A DNA stretch of 64,000 nucleotides, taken from positions 8,996,259-9,060,258 of the forward strand of contig NC_068991.1 of assembly GCF_001194135.2 (NCBI RefSeq). Direction: 5' to 3'. The stretch comes from Octopus bimaculoides (taxonomy: Eukaryota). Positions 37,716 through 50,600 of this stretch are shown piece by piece (the stretch's first letter is position 1; each line of letters begins with the position of its first letter). The notes beneath the pieces were generated by a model. That model saw nothing but the letters and a program-made list of their open reading frames with translations. It had not been told where the DNA came from and ran no database searches. A program made the translations under genes and the position numbers.

Positions 37716-37795
37716 TCCGAGAGTGATCAAAGAAAATATTTTCTCTGTAATCTATGTCTGTTTCAATAGATCTTCTGCCAGATTGTGTATACATC
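37716..37795 (-). CDS. LMNTD1-like gene, possible first coding exon
   Basis: ctgcag|G ATG TAT...CGG A|gtaaga; MYTQSGRRSIETDIDYRENIFFDHSR; phase 1 fits next exon but acceptor is weak and there is no homology support. Confidence 0.35.
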
Positions 37796-38381
37796 CTGCA
37801 GGCTTTAAGCACAGTTATTTTTTTTGTGTGGGGGATAAATGTACAAGTGTAGGTGTATAAAGTTGATGGCTTGTTTCTAGATGGTGTAGGCTTTTAAGAG
37901 AAGCCTCTACTGAAAAATAAAAAAAAAAGTTCTTGGATATATTCTGTTTACAACCTATTTGGCCACACAGTTCTTGTGTTCACTGGAGCTTTTGAAATCT
38001 GTAAAATAAAATAAAATACTTTGGTTATTATGATTAATAATAATTATAATCCTTTCTACAATTGGCACAAGGGTCAAAATTTAGGGGAGGGTGCTAGTTG
38101 ATTACATCAACTCCAGTGCTCCACTGGTACCTATTTTATCGACCCTGAAAGGAGGATAATAATAATGATTTCAAATATTGGCACAAGGCCAGCAATTTTG
38201 GAGAAGGGGCTAAATCAGTAACATTGATCCCTGTATTCTGCTGGTACGTATTTTATCAAACCCAAAAGGATGAAAGGCAAAGTCAACCTTGGCGGCATTT
38301 GAACTCAGAACATAAAGACAGATGAAATGCCACTAAGCATTCTGCCTGGCATGCTAGTGATTCAGCCAACTCACCACCTTT

Positions 38382-38433
<52 letters not shown>

Positions 38434-38517
38434 TAACAATAACATAAGGTGGCAAACTAGTTTTATAGATAATTCTTTCAAAATTCCTATTTGGTTTATC
38501 GTACATTTACTAGTGTA

Positions 38518-38625
38518 GGTTGAACGGATCTTTTTTAAAACGGGGGCCACATTTTTCATTAACGAAACACTTTGAAACTTGGAACACTGGTTGTGGCCCC
38601 CGTTTTAAAAAAGATCCGGTTGAAC
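38518..38625. mobile_element. 108-bp TA-flanked miniature inverted-repeat element
   Basis: 27-bp perfect arms 38525-38551 / 38592-38618, 40-nt spacer, TA at 38516 and 38626. Confidence 0.75.
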
Positions 38626-41600
38626 TACGTAAAATGTTAGAGAAAGTTCCAACTTTGATCGTTAAATTTTTTTATTAGACTAAATCATAGAATGTGTCCT
38701 TCCATTTTTAGACAGCTGAGTGTGGTTTGAAGAAGGTTCGGCTGATATTTCCAGCAAGTTGAGCGATCACACAGAGGCTCACTGATTTTTTTTTTATGGC
38801 ACTACATAAGATTTACTTTTCATGTCGCCCTATCCAGCAGATCTGTGATCAAAGGTGTTCTAGTTATGGCCCATGTTTCTTTAAGAAAAGAGGGTGTAAT
38901 TTGACTTATTTCTAGCAGATAGATCAATTTACAGAGGTTCCCCCATTAGCTAATTACGCCTACGGTATGGTTAAATTCTGCTAAATCACAAATTAAATAC
39001 ATGCATAGATTTTAACATTTGCAACGCCCACTCATTCGTAACAAAAGAATTATGGTCGAATTAGATATCGTTAAAAGTTAAACGCAACCTAAGTCCAATA
39101 TACAATAGCAAAATAAAATTGAAATAAAACTTAAAAAAAAAATTAGGTTAAAAACCAATTCGTTGGTAAGATTGTTCAGCAAAATCCAAAAGAAATAGTT
39201 TTCTTGCATTTTTGAAGATGAGAAAGAGAAATTTTGTTGACTGAAATAAAAGAAGAAAATAATGTAATTTTTGGTCTAATAAAAGATATTTCCTTACATG
39301 AGTAAATAGACTGGAGTATTGCGTAAATAAACGTTTCTTTCTATTAAAATTTCATTCACATCTATGTTTTACATAAGAATATTTTAAAATGTTCACTGAA
39401 CCAACGACGAAAAGACGAATCACATGACATATCGACTTTTTCTTTTGATAATATGAGAAAAACAATTCCTAGAAACAGTTTTGAGTGAAGATTTGTCACA
39501 AAGAAAGACACAAACATCGAACTTGTGCAGTTAGCGTGAAAAATAACGGACAAAAACTTGATGACGAGAAGAGATTACAGAAGAGAAGAACGTCAACGGA
39601 TACTGAATAGTCTGAAAAAAAGAAAACAAAATCGTATGAACAGAAAATGCATATTTATTACACTTGAATCAGAATAACCCGAAATTGAATTTAGAACATA
39701 ATTTTGTGATAATAAGAATTTGTTTCTTTTAAGAAAATACGCAAAAAGAGCGTCCTATCGATCACGGTATTTCATTGAGGCGATCGCGGAATATAACGTG
39801 CCGTTTTCGCTTCAGTAAAAAGAAGTTTTTGTTATCACTTTTAGTCAGTTATTTAATAACTTTCAGTTTTGCTTCTCCATTCTCCGACTCTTAGCTATCC
39901 TGTCTTTTTGGTCTCATGCGAAGACAATAAACTAAAACTGACGAACTGCACACCAGAAGACTTTTTCAATAGTTTCTGGGAGATGGTGCAATGGCACAAA
40001 TGAGCGTTTGCACATCAGAAAAGATTGTTATTGCGTGCCGTGGAAAATATGAACTGTAATGGTTTATTGATTTCTTAGATGTGCACTTCTGTAATACATT
40101 TTCCCTTGCTATATGCGTATGTTTCCTCTTTTGCCACAGCTATATCGACTTCATCTGGTTAAAATTAATATTTCTAGATTATTGTTGTTGTTATTGTTAT
40201 TATTATTATTATCATTCACTTACAAATCTGAACAAAATTAAGTTTCTTTAAGTGAAAACGGTACGCCAGAACATTCCGTGACTGCCTTTTAATTGCTTGT
40301 AACCAGTTACACACAAATATAATTTGAGCAACCTTCAGAGCTATTAGTGGAATATTTTCATGATGCTTTGAAAGGAAAACAAGACGGAATTAAAGAATCG
40401 ACAGATCATGAAACGAAAGTATACATTACTAATGGACATAATATTACTTTCGAACCATCAACATCTTATGGTAATAATTCTCGTAACTTTCTGTTATGAA
40501 TGTTTGTTACAGCTCGGTATTCTTTCGTTTCGTGATCAGAAAATGAAAGTGGCAGTGTTCGGTTATGTCCAGACAAACCTGTCGAGTAGGAGGAACCACA
40601 TCCCACNNNNNNNNNNCACCCCCCCCCACCCCAACCAAAAGAACATTTGTTTAGCCGCCTACTTCATAAAAGACAGCTTTCCAAATGTTTAATTCTTGTC
40701 CACTCCCTCGTTTTTATTCTTGTGTTTAACATCTTTTCGATATTATTTTTCGAGTTCCACGTTTAAAAATGCAGATTACGATTCTGAACATAAAAATTTT
40801 TTTTTGAAAATTTTTCATTCTTAATACCAATTGCCTACGATTTCCACTTTCATGTCGTGATCATAAACAGAAAGAATACCTTTCGGTTCTTTACGTTCCG
40901 ATTTCAAATTCCGCCAACGTCATCTTGGCCTTTCAATTATATATATATATATATATATATATACGGCGTGCTAAAGATTCAGCCAGCTCGCCGTCTTGTC
41001 TACATTGTAATAATAGCAGAAATAACGTGCAAAGCATACAATACAATAATTACATCTGGATTATATATGTAATAATTAAATTATATATTATGCATATTGT
41101 GTTTTGTCATTGCTCAGTGGAAAAAATGTCTTGAATGAAACTGGTCAGCGGTGCAAAAAAAAATAGATTGGGGACCACTGGCAGACAGCATGAAGTATGT
41201 CGCCCTCTTTAACTTAATTATCCAAAATTAATTATCCAGTAGTATACTGTCTCTTTGAGTGATTTCCCTTGGCTCTTTATATTGTTTTTAACCACTCAAA
41301 TTCATTTCGCCAAATTAAACATAACGTCTTTTTTTTTTTCTACATGTAAAAATCTATATTCGATTTGCAGACTTGCGTATCATATTCACCTGTTAGCATC
41401 ATATTAAATATTTTATCTGCACGCCTAGAAATGCCGTGTAAATAAATATATACTGATAATCAAAGGTATTGATGACTCAAATAATATCAACAGAAAAAAT
41501 GAAAGTGTATATTATTTGATAGAGAAGTCAAAATCTTTTAACCAAACAAAATAGCAGAATAATGAATTGGATTCTGTCTGTCTGTCTGTCTGTCTCTCTC

Positions 41601-41911
41601 TTTCACACACACACACACACACACCATATCTGTGTAAATATATATATATATTCATACATATGCGCATGTGTATATATAGGTAGGTATATATTTGTGTGTG
41701 CGTGTGTGTGCCTCAATGTGCGTGTGTAAATGTATTTTCATTTTGAAAGTTTTCAAAAAAAAAATGCTATGAATCTATTGTAAATAAGAGCAAGTCGATA
41801 ACCAGTTAGAGTTCTCTCCCTTCTATTAAACTTTTTGACGGCTGCTTTCTATCTATCTATCTATATGCGCGCGCACGCACACACACAATATTAACTCTTA
41901 ATATATATATG

Positions 41912-41914
<3 letters not shown>

Positions 41915-42002
<88 letters not shown>
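41915..42002. repeat. (TA)n microsatellite; other arrays at 3053-3186, 14856, 38383 (AAT), 43200 (CA), 47581, 52022, 58476-58620 (TATC/CTGT), 63820
   Basis: Seen directly. Confidence 0.95.
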
Positions 42003-42005
<3 letters not shown>

Positions 42006-42073
42006 CCATCCCTAATTATAGAAAATTAATGTAGACAGCAGTTTGCAATATATATATGTATGTATGTATGTAC

Positions 42074-42113
42074 GTGACGATGGCTTAACTGGCCGAAACT
42101 TGGAAGTCACTGT
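42074..42113 (+). ncRNA. Degenerate minimal type I hammerhead ribozyme motif
   Basis: GTGACGA-T-GGCT(taact)GGCC-GAA-ACTT(gg)AAGT-C; core C3 and stem I are defective. Confidence 0.4.
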
Positions 42114-43193
42114 CAATAATATTCTTGTTTAAGAATAATAAATTTGTACTCTACAGAAGTATAGAGTAGCCGTTCAGATTAATGTAAATGGTGTGTAAGG
42201 TATGATCAGTGTGCAGTCTGTGATGATGCTACGCACACTATGTTGATTTTTTTTTCTATTTTGCTGTTGAGAAATTTGTAATCCAAGTAAGACTGACTGA
42301 ACCTATGGTGGATTATGAAATTAAGGCAGGACGCCTCTTTCGAATCTAGTTTTCTATTAATTGAAAATTTAGAAATTATTTTGCTGTAATAAAATACCAA
42401 AACCTGCGTTTATGCTTATTGTTATCCATTTTTAATTTTCAGAAATTAAAATATAAAGTATCAGCACCAAAACATACATTTTTCCTTCGCTCGTATGTTG
42501 ATTCCTTTCACACGACGAGAAATATCGACATTAGACAATGTCATTCTGCAATCAAGGCTAATACCTACGGGGAATTTTCTATGACTTATGAACAATGCAA
42601 TAATGCACAGCAGTATTTCTTCAGATCTGTATTCCAGGACATTAATCTTACAGATTTTCCATAGCTGAAAGCAAAGAAACTAAGTAAATTATATCTCAGC
42701 ATCTTATAGAGCTTAATTAACACTATGATACTTTAACACAAATAGACAAGGCATTAGGAAGATATTTTCCGCTAGAAAGCATTATTGTACTACTCAGATT
42801 ATAACAGTACTGTAGCTTCTTGGATAATCAGTCATTTGCTTTATGCTTTGCGTCTGGATTTATGAGCTGATTAATGTTATTAAATCAGTGGTATTTCTCC
42901 TTCTTAACATGAAATACAATATATTTAACTCTGTTTTATTGGGCGTTCTCGCCTCAGTTCGTGGATTCTTCAAAGGATGGTGTTTATTTTATCTGTATCT
43001 TTTATCTTCTACCTGTTTCAGTCATTTGGCTACGGTCATACTGGGGCATCGCCTTGAAGGGGTTTTAGTTGAACAATTCGATTCCAGTATATATATTTTC
43101 GGTACTTATTCTATCGACTTCTTTTGCCGCACTGCATAGTTACAAGGTTGTAAACAAACTAATACCGGTTGTCAAGCAGGAAGGCAGAAGAGC

Positions 43194-43272
<79 letters not shown>

Positions 43273-44902
43273 NNNNNNNNNNNNNNNNNNNNNNNNNNNN
43301 NNNNNNNNNNNNNNNNNNNNNNNNNNNNNNNNNNNNNNNNNNNNNNNNNNNNNNNNNNNNNNNNNNNNNNNNNNNNNNNNNNNNNNNNNNNNNNNNNNNN
43401 NNNNNNNNNNNNNNNNNNNNNNNNNNNNNNNNNNNNNNNNNNNNNNNNNNNNNNNNNNNNNNNNNNNNNNNNNNNNNNNNNNNNNNNNNNNNNNNNNNNN
43501 NNNNNNNNNNNNNNNNNNNNNNNNNNNNNNNNNNNNNNNNNNNNNNNNNNNTCTTATTCTCCTTTGTTTTTAACCATTTCCTATCGCTGCATTTTATATT
43601 TTGAAGAGCTTCATGTAAATCTTTGCTGCACTACCAATTGCACCTTAGTGTTCTTGAGACGTGGGTTTTTTTGGACAGGGAGAAGGTATTTATATGTTAC
43701 ATCCGGTTTTTAAAAAAAAATTACGACAACTTTAATACGAAATAACTTCGAAAATGAAGAATTTTCTTAAGAACGCCAAGAGTAAATGATGTTTTAAATG
43801 ATACATTCTACCAGTATACGAAATTTGAAAGTGTTTAGTTACAAAAAATTATTTTTTCTATGTGCCGGCCAAAAGGAAAAGATCTGTAAATTGTTTAAAT
43901 GGTTTACTAGACGACCAATAATTATAAAAGAAGTAAAATAGAACCCGTGCGTGTGTTTATCATTGGTAGAATGACCCTCCCAAGATACAACAACATTTGT
44001 TTCAACAAACGACTTCACATCAAAAATCTTGTAAACTAAAAGCAAAAACGAGTAAAATTTAATTTCAGCAATAATTTTGATCATATTCATTACATAAGAT
44101 TACCTTAGATTATTTTACTTCCAATTATTGTTTATAATTAATGATCATTCCGTAGAGTTAGCTAATTGTGACTGAATAACACGCTTCTGTTTGTTTTGTT
44201 AGTCCTCATAGTTTGGAACCAGATTTAGTCAGTCTGGCCTCCTCTGATGAAAGCAATAAACATAGTTTTCGTTTCAGGAGTATGTTCCTGCCAGAAACTC
44301 ACATGTATCGAGCTCTAGATTTAATGCATGGCTGCATGTAATTTTAGAATGTATAACGAAGCTTATATTCTAGGATACTAATTAGATTTAAGTGCGATGT
44401 ATATTTAATATATCAATATCCTGAATTTGATAATATGTTTTTTCCTGGTTCATCGAGTACTTTCTAAAGCCTTTGCACATGAAATATTTCCTTTTATCAT
44501 GATACATTTTTATTTCATCAGTATTCTTATAATACTTTACGTACGTTGAACTGAAACTGTTTTGCTGCCAATTTATGTAACTACAGATCTTACTGTAATG
44601 TCATTTACAGTCAGACGGACTGACTGAAAAAGAAGACGTTTTCGGTTCATTTTGCTAATTCCTGTATATTAGGTATATCATGTTCTTAGTAAAGGTAGTA
44701 ACATATTTGGCTTTGCATGTATGTTCCTACCATTAACACACATATTTTATTCTAATACATATAGATAAGCTGAGTAAATCTGATATTCCAATATTCTGGA
44801 ATAAATGGTGTTTTTTTCCCCGTCTTCATTGAAGTCTGAAATTCGTTTAAAAATGAAATATTTCTTGTTATTCTGAGAAATTTTTTTCTGTATAATATAC
44901 GT

Positions 44903-45838
44903 NNNNNNNNNNNNNNNNNNNNNNNNNNNNNNNNNNNNNNNNNNNNNNNNNNNNNNNNNNNNNNNNNNNNNNNNNNNNNNNNNNNNNNNNNNNNNNNNNN
45001 NNNNNNNNNNNNNNNNNNNNNNNNNNNNNNNNNNNNNNNNNNNNNNNNNNNNNNNNNNNNNNNNNNNNNNNNNNNNNNNNNNNNNNNNNNNNNNNNNNNN
45101 NNNNNNNNNNNNNNNNNNNNNNNNNNNNNNNNNNNNNNNNNNNNNNNNNNNNNNNNNNNNNNNNNNNNNNNNNNNNNNNNNNNNNNNNNNNNNNNNNNNN
45201 NNNNNNNNNNNNNNNNNNNNNNNNNNNNNNNNNNNNNNNNNNNNNNNNNNNNNNNNNNNNNNNNNNNNNNNNNNNNNNNNNNNNNNNNNNNNNNNNNNNN
45301 NNNNNNNNNNNNNNNNNNNNNNNNNNNNNNNNNNNNNNNNNNNNNNNNNNNNNNNNNNNNNNNNNNNNNNNNNNNNNNNNNNNNNNNNNNNNNNNNNNNN
45401 NNNNNNNNNNNNNNNNNNNNNNNNNNNNNNNNNNNNNNNNNNNNNNNNNNNNNNNNNNNNNNNNNNNNNNNNNNNNNNNNNNNNNNNNNNNNNNNNNNNN
45501 NNNNNNNNNNNNNNNNNNNNNNNNNNNNNNNNNNNNNNNNNNNNNNNNNNNNNNNNNNNNNNNNNNNNNNNNNNNNNNNNNNNNNNNNNNNNNNNNNNNN
45601 NNNNNNNNNNNNNNNNNNNNNNNNNNNNNNNNNNNNNNNNNNNNNNNNNNNNNNNNNNNNNNNNNNNNNNNNNNNNNNNNNNNNNNNNNNNNNNNNNNNN
45701 NNNNNNNNNNNNNNNNNNNNNNNNNNNNNNNNNNNNNNNNNNNNNNNNNNNNNNNNNNNNNNNNNNNNNNNNNNNNNNNNNNNNNNNNNNNNNNNNNNNN
45801 NNNNNNNNNNNNNNNNNNNNNNNNNNNNNNNNNNNNNN
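44903..45838. other. Assembly gap; other gaps at 8292-8426, 23647-23708, 29339-29348, 40607-40616, 43273-43551, 54447-55433, 57870-58092, 59897-60381
   Basis: N runs, mostly abutting microsatellites or repeats. Confidence 1.
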
Positions 45839-46032
45839 ACTACACGATGTTTTTATCAATGATATATTTGTTTCGGATTTCATTCCCGCAGAGGCAATCA
45901 ACTGTGTGTATGGAAATTGCCTGGACTAAAATTGGAGTAGTTTTATTATTGGCCGATGTCTTTTTTTTTATGAGAACATAATTATATATGCAGTTGTTTT
46001 TGTAGATGTTTAAGCTTAGTTTAGTTGTAATC

Positions 46033-46224
46033 GCCGGGCGAAATGCTTACCGGCATTTCGTCTGCCGTTAGGTTCTGAGTTCAAATTCCGCCGAGGTCGA
46101 CTTTGCCTTTTATCCTTTCAGGGTCGATTAAATAAGTACCAGTTACGCACTGGCTCGATGTAACCCCTTTGTCTGTCCTTGTTTGTCTCCTCTATGTTCA
46201 GCCCCTTGTGGGCAATAAAGAAAT
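46033..46224 (+). mobile_element. SINE family B (GCCTTTCATCCTTTCGGGGTCGAT core, MetaSINE-like from memory). Other copies near 150, 4616, 22605, 27820, 46520, 60382 (+) and 11700, 22290, 33455, 35060, 36830, 38050, 48250 (-)
   Basis: Recurrent ttctgagttcaaattccgccgaggtcgactttgcc...aagtaccagt...ctggggtcgat. Confidence 0.8.
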
Positions 46225-47577
46225 GAATATATTGATCTAAGATATACTAACTGTGACCATCCCGTCTTTTTGTATATCAGAGAGTATATTGTCCAATACG
46301 GCTTAAAATTTTTTTTTTTTTTATCATGGTTAGATGCGGTATGAAGGAGATTTAGCTGGTATTCTCAGTGACTATAGAAACCTGGTAGTGGCTCCCTCAT
46401 TGTCGTGTTACTTAAGTTGTAGTTAGTAGAGTTTAATAAATAAAATTAAAAAGCAGCTTATATTTAATATAGTAATTTGGTCTGGGAAATCTCTTGTAAG
46501 AAAACTGAATTTTTAACCTGCTAACGGCGAGCTGGCAGAATCATTAAACGAGTTGGACTTAATATTTAATGGCAATACTTCCGGTGCTTTACGTTCTGAG
46601 TTCAAATTCTGCCGAGGTCAGTTTTGCCTTTCATTCATACTTTCGGGGTTCGATGATATATAATACCAGTCAACTCCAGGTGGAATCGATGTAATCGACT
46701 TTCGCCTCCCTTCAAAATTGCTGACCTTGTTCCAAAATTAGAAAGAAGTATTATTTCACATTCATCATTCATGTTTTTATATTCTGTCAGTTGGAGTCCG
46801 GAAGTGTCGATCGGGTACCATTATTGGGTCGTGATTAAGACAATCAATTGGCTATAATCTGGTCCTGGTTGTTAATGTATACACGTCACTTTAAATAATA
46901 CAAATTTAGCCACGGACAATATTTATTAATTCTTACTAACATAGATAATGGCAGTATCTTCGTGTCTGAAGTTCTCGACGAAAAGCAGTACGCCGTTAAT
47001 TGGCTATGTAAACCGATCCTTGGCGCTGCTCGGCTTTTCTTCCTGCCTGCACTTAATATTATAGTTGTGAGTGTCAGTTCACGCAATTCGATCCCACTCT
47101 TTAGACTTAGAGATCTGACCGCTGTGGGCTCAGCGGGCTAAGATGGCTGCGGTGACCAGAAAGTTGCAGGTTTTATGTTTGAGTGGCCTTCTCCTTCATG
47201 AGTTGTTTTACAGGGCAAGAGAGTTGCAGGAAGGTTGTCAATAAATAAACACCGAATACATGTTATATAATGCATATTATTTTGAAATAACACGGACGTA
47301 TTTGCTGTCATTTTGTCTGATTATTCAAATATATACATTCATTTATATACACTTATGATTACATGCATATGATATCATTTTGCGACGGTCTTGGTAAAGA
47401 TATAACTATGAAACTAAATGAAGATATAATCTTATACACAAAACTTTTATTGTACTCGTAACGCTGTTGATTAATATACTATGGAGCGAAATCAACGGCA
47501 TAGTTTATTATTGAAATGACATTTGAATTATATTATTCGCAAGACATTTGATGAGGAAATAAGCATTTCAAATTAGA

Positions 47578-47619
<42 letters not shown>

Positions 47620-50600
47620 TCACAGCTGAGTGGGCAGCCACTGTTCTTAGTTCACTCGGTTTCTGGGTTCATGTTCAACAATATGATTTTTTGCTGATAT
47701 GAAAATAAGGATGTTGTGCATTGTATTAAGATTTGTCAAAGCGATACCGCAGTAGAATAACATTACAAACAGATTAGGCTTTTGATGTTGTTGTTATGCT
47801 TTTCACTGTAACGATTATTCATAGCAAGATTGCCTGTATACATTGTTTTTTTAACAGATTTTTCAATAATTCTAATAACATATTTTGCTGTATCTATGGA
47901 TGATTATGTTCCAAATTCTAATAATATAATTACAATGGAAAGGCAAAAGATCAGTGGGCCAACACTTTCTCGTGGACAACTACGTGACTCTTTCTAGTAG
48001 AACTCGTTTGCTTCTTGATGTAAAAATAAAAATAACAGATACCAATCCTCAATGTAGAAAGACGGGACAAAGACTAGAGAGCTCAGGCATGTTCTCTCTT
48101 AAAATAGATGCTCCAACACTATCTTAAGGATCAAGTGTCCCATAAACAATACAACTTCAAAAGCAACTACGGTTCTCTACAACTAACGGTGTTATATTTT
48201 TCAAAATAATCGTAAAAATTCCACAGGTACTGTTGATATGTCTATTGATTTCAGATTTTGGCACAAGGACAGCAGTTAGAGGTGGGGGTTAAGTCGATTA
48301 CATCGATCCCAAGTGATCAACTGGTACTTATTTTATCGACCCCGAAAGGATGAAAGTCAGAGTCGACCCTGGTGGAATTTGAACTCAAAACGTAAAGACG
48401 GACGAAATACTGCTAAGCATTTCGTCCGGCGTGCTAACGATTCTGCCAGCTCGTCGCCAATATGTATAATATATGTTTTATAACATATGCATACATGCAT
48501 ACACGTGTGTGCGCGTGTGCGTGCGTTCGTGTGTGCTTTCATATACGTGTGTCCGTGCATTACTCAGTAGCGTAGCTGTGGTAGGACTGGTGGCGTTACG
48601 GGCGATGCTTTTATTGGGGCGATACTTTTGGTGCTGCTTAAGCCTGTATAAGCTTGCTCCCCACCACTCACCCACCGGTGATGTTGATTCTGAGTGAGAA
48701 CAACATTAACTGTACACGTTTCTATGCAATGCTCAGCTACTTGAAACTATTATTCGAACCGTAAACAGTTTAGTCGAGCCGAAAATTGGAATATTCATCG
48801 GCAAACTGCCGGAGATCCACTTACTTTATGAGTGTATATGTGTAAATGCGCGCCTTTGTGTCTCTGTGTTATTGAGTGTACGTGGTTGCATTTGCAGAGG
48901 TTTATGCTCTTGATTGTGCATGCACCTGTGTGTGTACACATGCAGCTATAAGAAGAGTTACGTGAAATTGCCCGGAAGGAATTATCCAAGACATGTATGT
49001 ATGTATGTATGTATGTATGTATATGCGTGTTATGTGCCTATATCAATATACCAATACACACACGGATTATAATACATAAACAAAATAAAATATGACTACA
49101 ATTACATCGCTTAACGAAGAAGGCATTTATACAAAACTACAACTGTAATTGTCGACTTGCCAGCTGCCGCAGTCATTCTTGGTTCGATATTATAAGAATT
49201 ATAAGTATTTTGGGAATGAACTTTATACCAATAATCCAAATTTCAGTTATTACAAGTTTCCCGGAGGCTTAATACTGAAAGAAAGTGAAGCGTATTATAA
49301 TTTGGAAACATGAAGAAAACACACATATACATATATACATGCAGTCGCGTATACATACACGCACACACGTATATGTACACATAAGGAAACATATGAGCAT
49401 GTATTCCTATATACAGGATACATATACAAACACTTACATCTGCATGCATATGTCAGGCATGTAATGAGAACTCGCAGCGGAAGATGAAAATCAGACTTGT
49501 ACATAATGTACGGTAGTGATTCTGCTGTTTATAAGAATTGCTTATGTGAAAAGAAACAAAAAGAAAAGAAAAAAAAAGAAAAACCCTGTTGTTTAATGCT
49601 AAAGAGTAATGGAATTGTGATATTCATGCATTTCCATAGTGATTTATCAATTATGTCAAAACGAAATGTAAATGTCCATAACTAGAAAACGAAATCCTTT
49701 CAAAGGCTTTCAGAATGCTAGTTCATTTATAGCTAAGTCAAAAGAGAAAAAGCACTGCCTATGTCTTTTTCAGGGTCTCTGAATTAATGGGATTAATGAG
49801 AACAAAGAAGGTTATCTTTAGACCAGAGACTTGGTCTACATGCCTGTAACAAGCAGACTTCGCTAAAGGTATATAATGTCCTGGCAGCGGTGTTAAACCA
49901 GGCAAAAAATAGGTCCACCAACTGTATGTTCAGTGACCAAAATATGGTAGATTATCGTAGGTGTCTCATTGCGAGAAACCTTTGAGAAGTGTCTTCTACA
50001 ATAACCTCGGCTCGAGCAAAGTTTTATAAGTGAAATTCGATCGGCAGAAACTTATTGTGGAGGCCAGTCAGGGAGATTGTTTCTGCTCTTTAGTTGTAGA
50101 CTTCATCTGTCGCCTAAGTTAACACTCCCACTCTGGCCCTGGATATCTTTATCCGCTTTGCTGCAAGTATTCAGGCTATGTTTCTGGTATGACGGTAACC
50201 TCCTCTTTTTACCCACCAACCACAGAGACCCTGAAAAGAGTCACGTGTGCTGTCATTCCTATTTTGATTAAGTCATTAAAAACGGAGCAAAAGACTAATA
50301 TTTACCATTCTTTTGGAAAATGTTGCTTTACTCTAACCGGTGCATTGTATCTAATTAATCCCGTAATTCCACATACGCTGAATCACGGCTATTTAATTCC
50401 AGACTTTATTATCGTTATCTATAATCTCTCATTCTACATTGATAGTTGACAATATCTTTTAAAGACCATCAACTGAATTGAAATTTCATTCGATAAATTT
50501 TTCTTTGTATAAATCCTTATTAAGAAATTTTTTTTTTGCAAGAGACAACATAAATTTCCATATCTTCTTTTTTTTTTGTAATTCTGAATCTTGGTGTTTG

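Noticed and set aside
43552-44100. Additional Tc1/mariner transposase remnant
   Set aside because: Only vague peptide resemblance next to a gap; no paired TIRs could be defined.
47140-47150. YY1-like motif AAGATGGCTGC as a promoter
   Set aside because: Single imperfect motif with no linked exon or start site.
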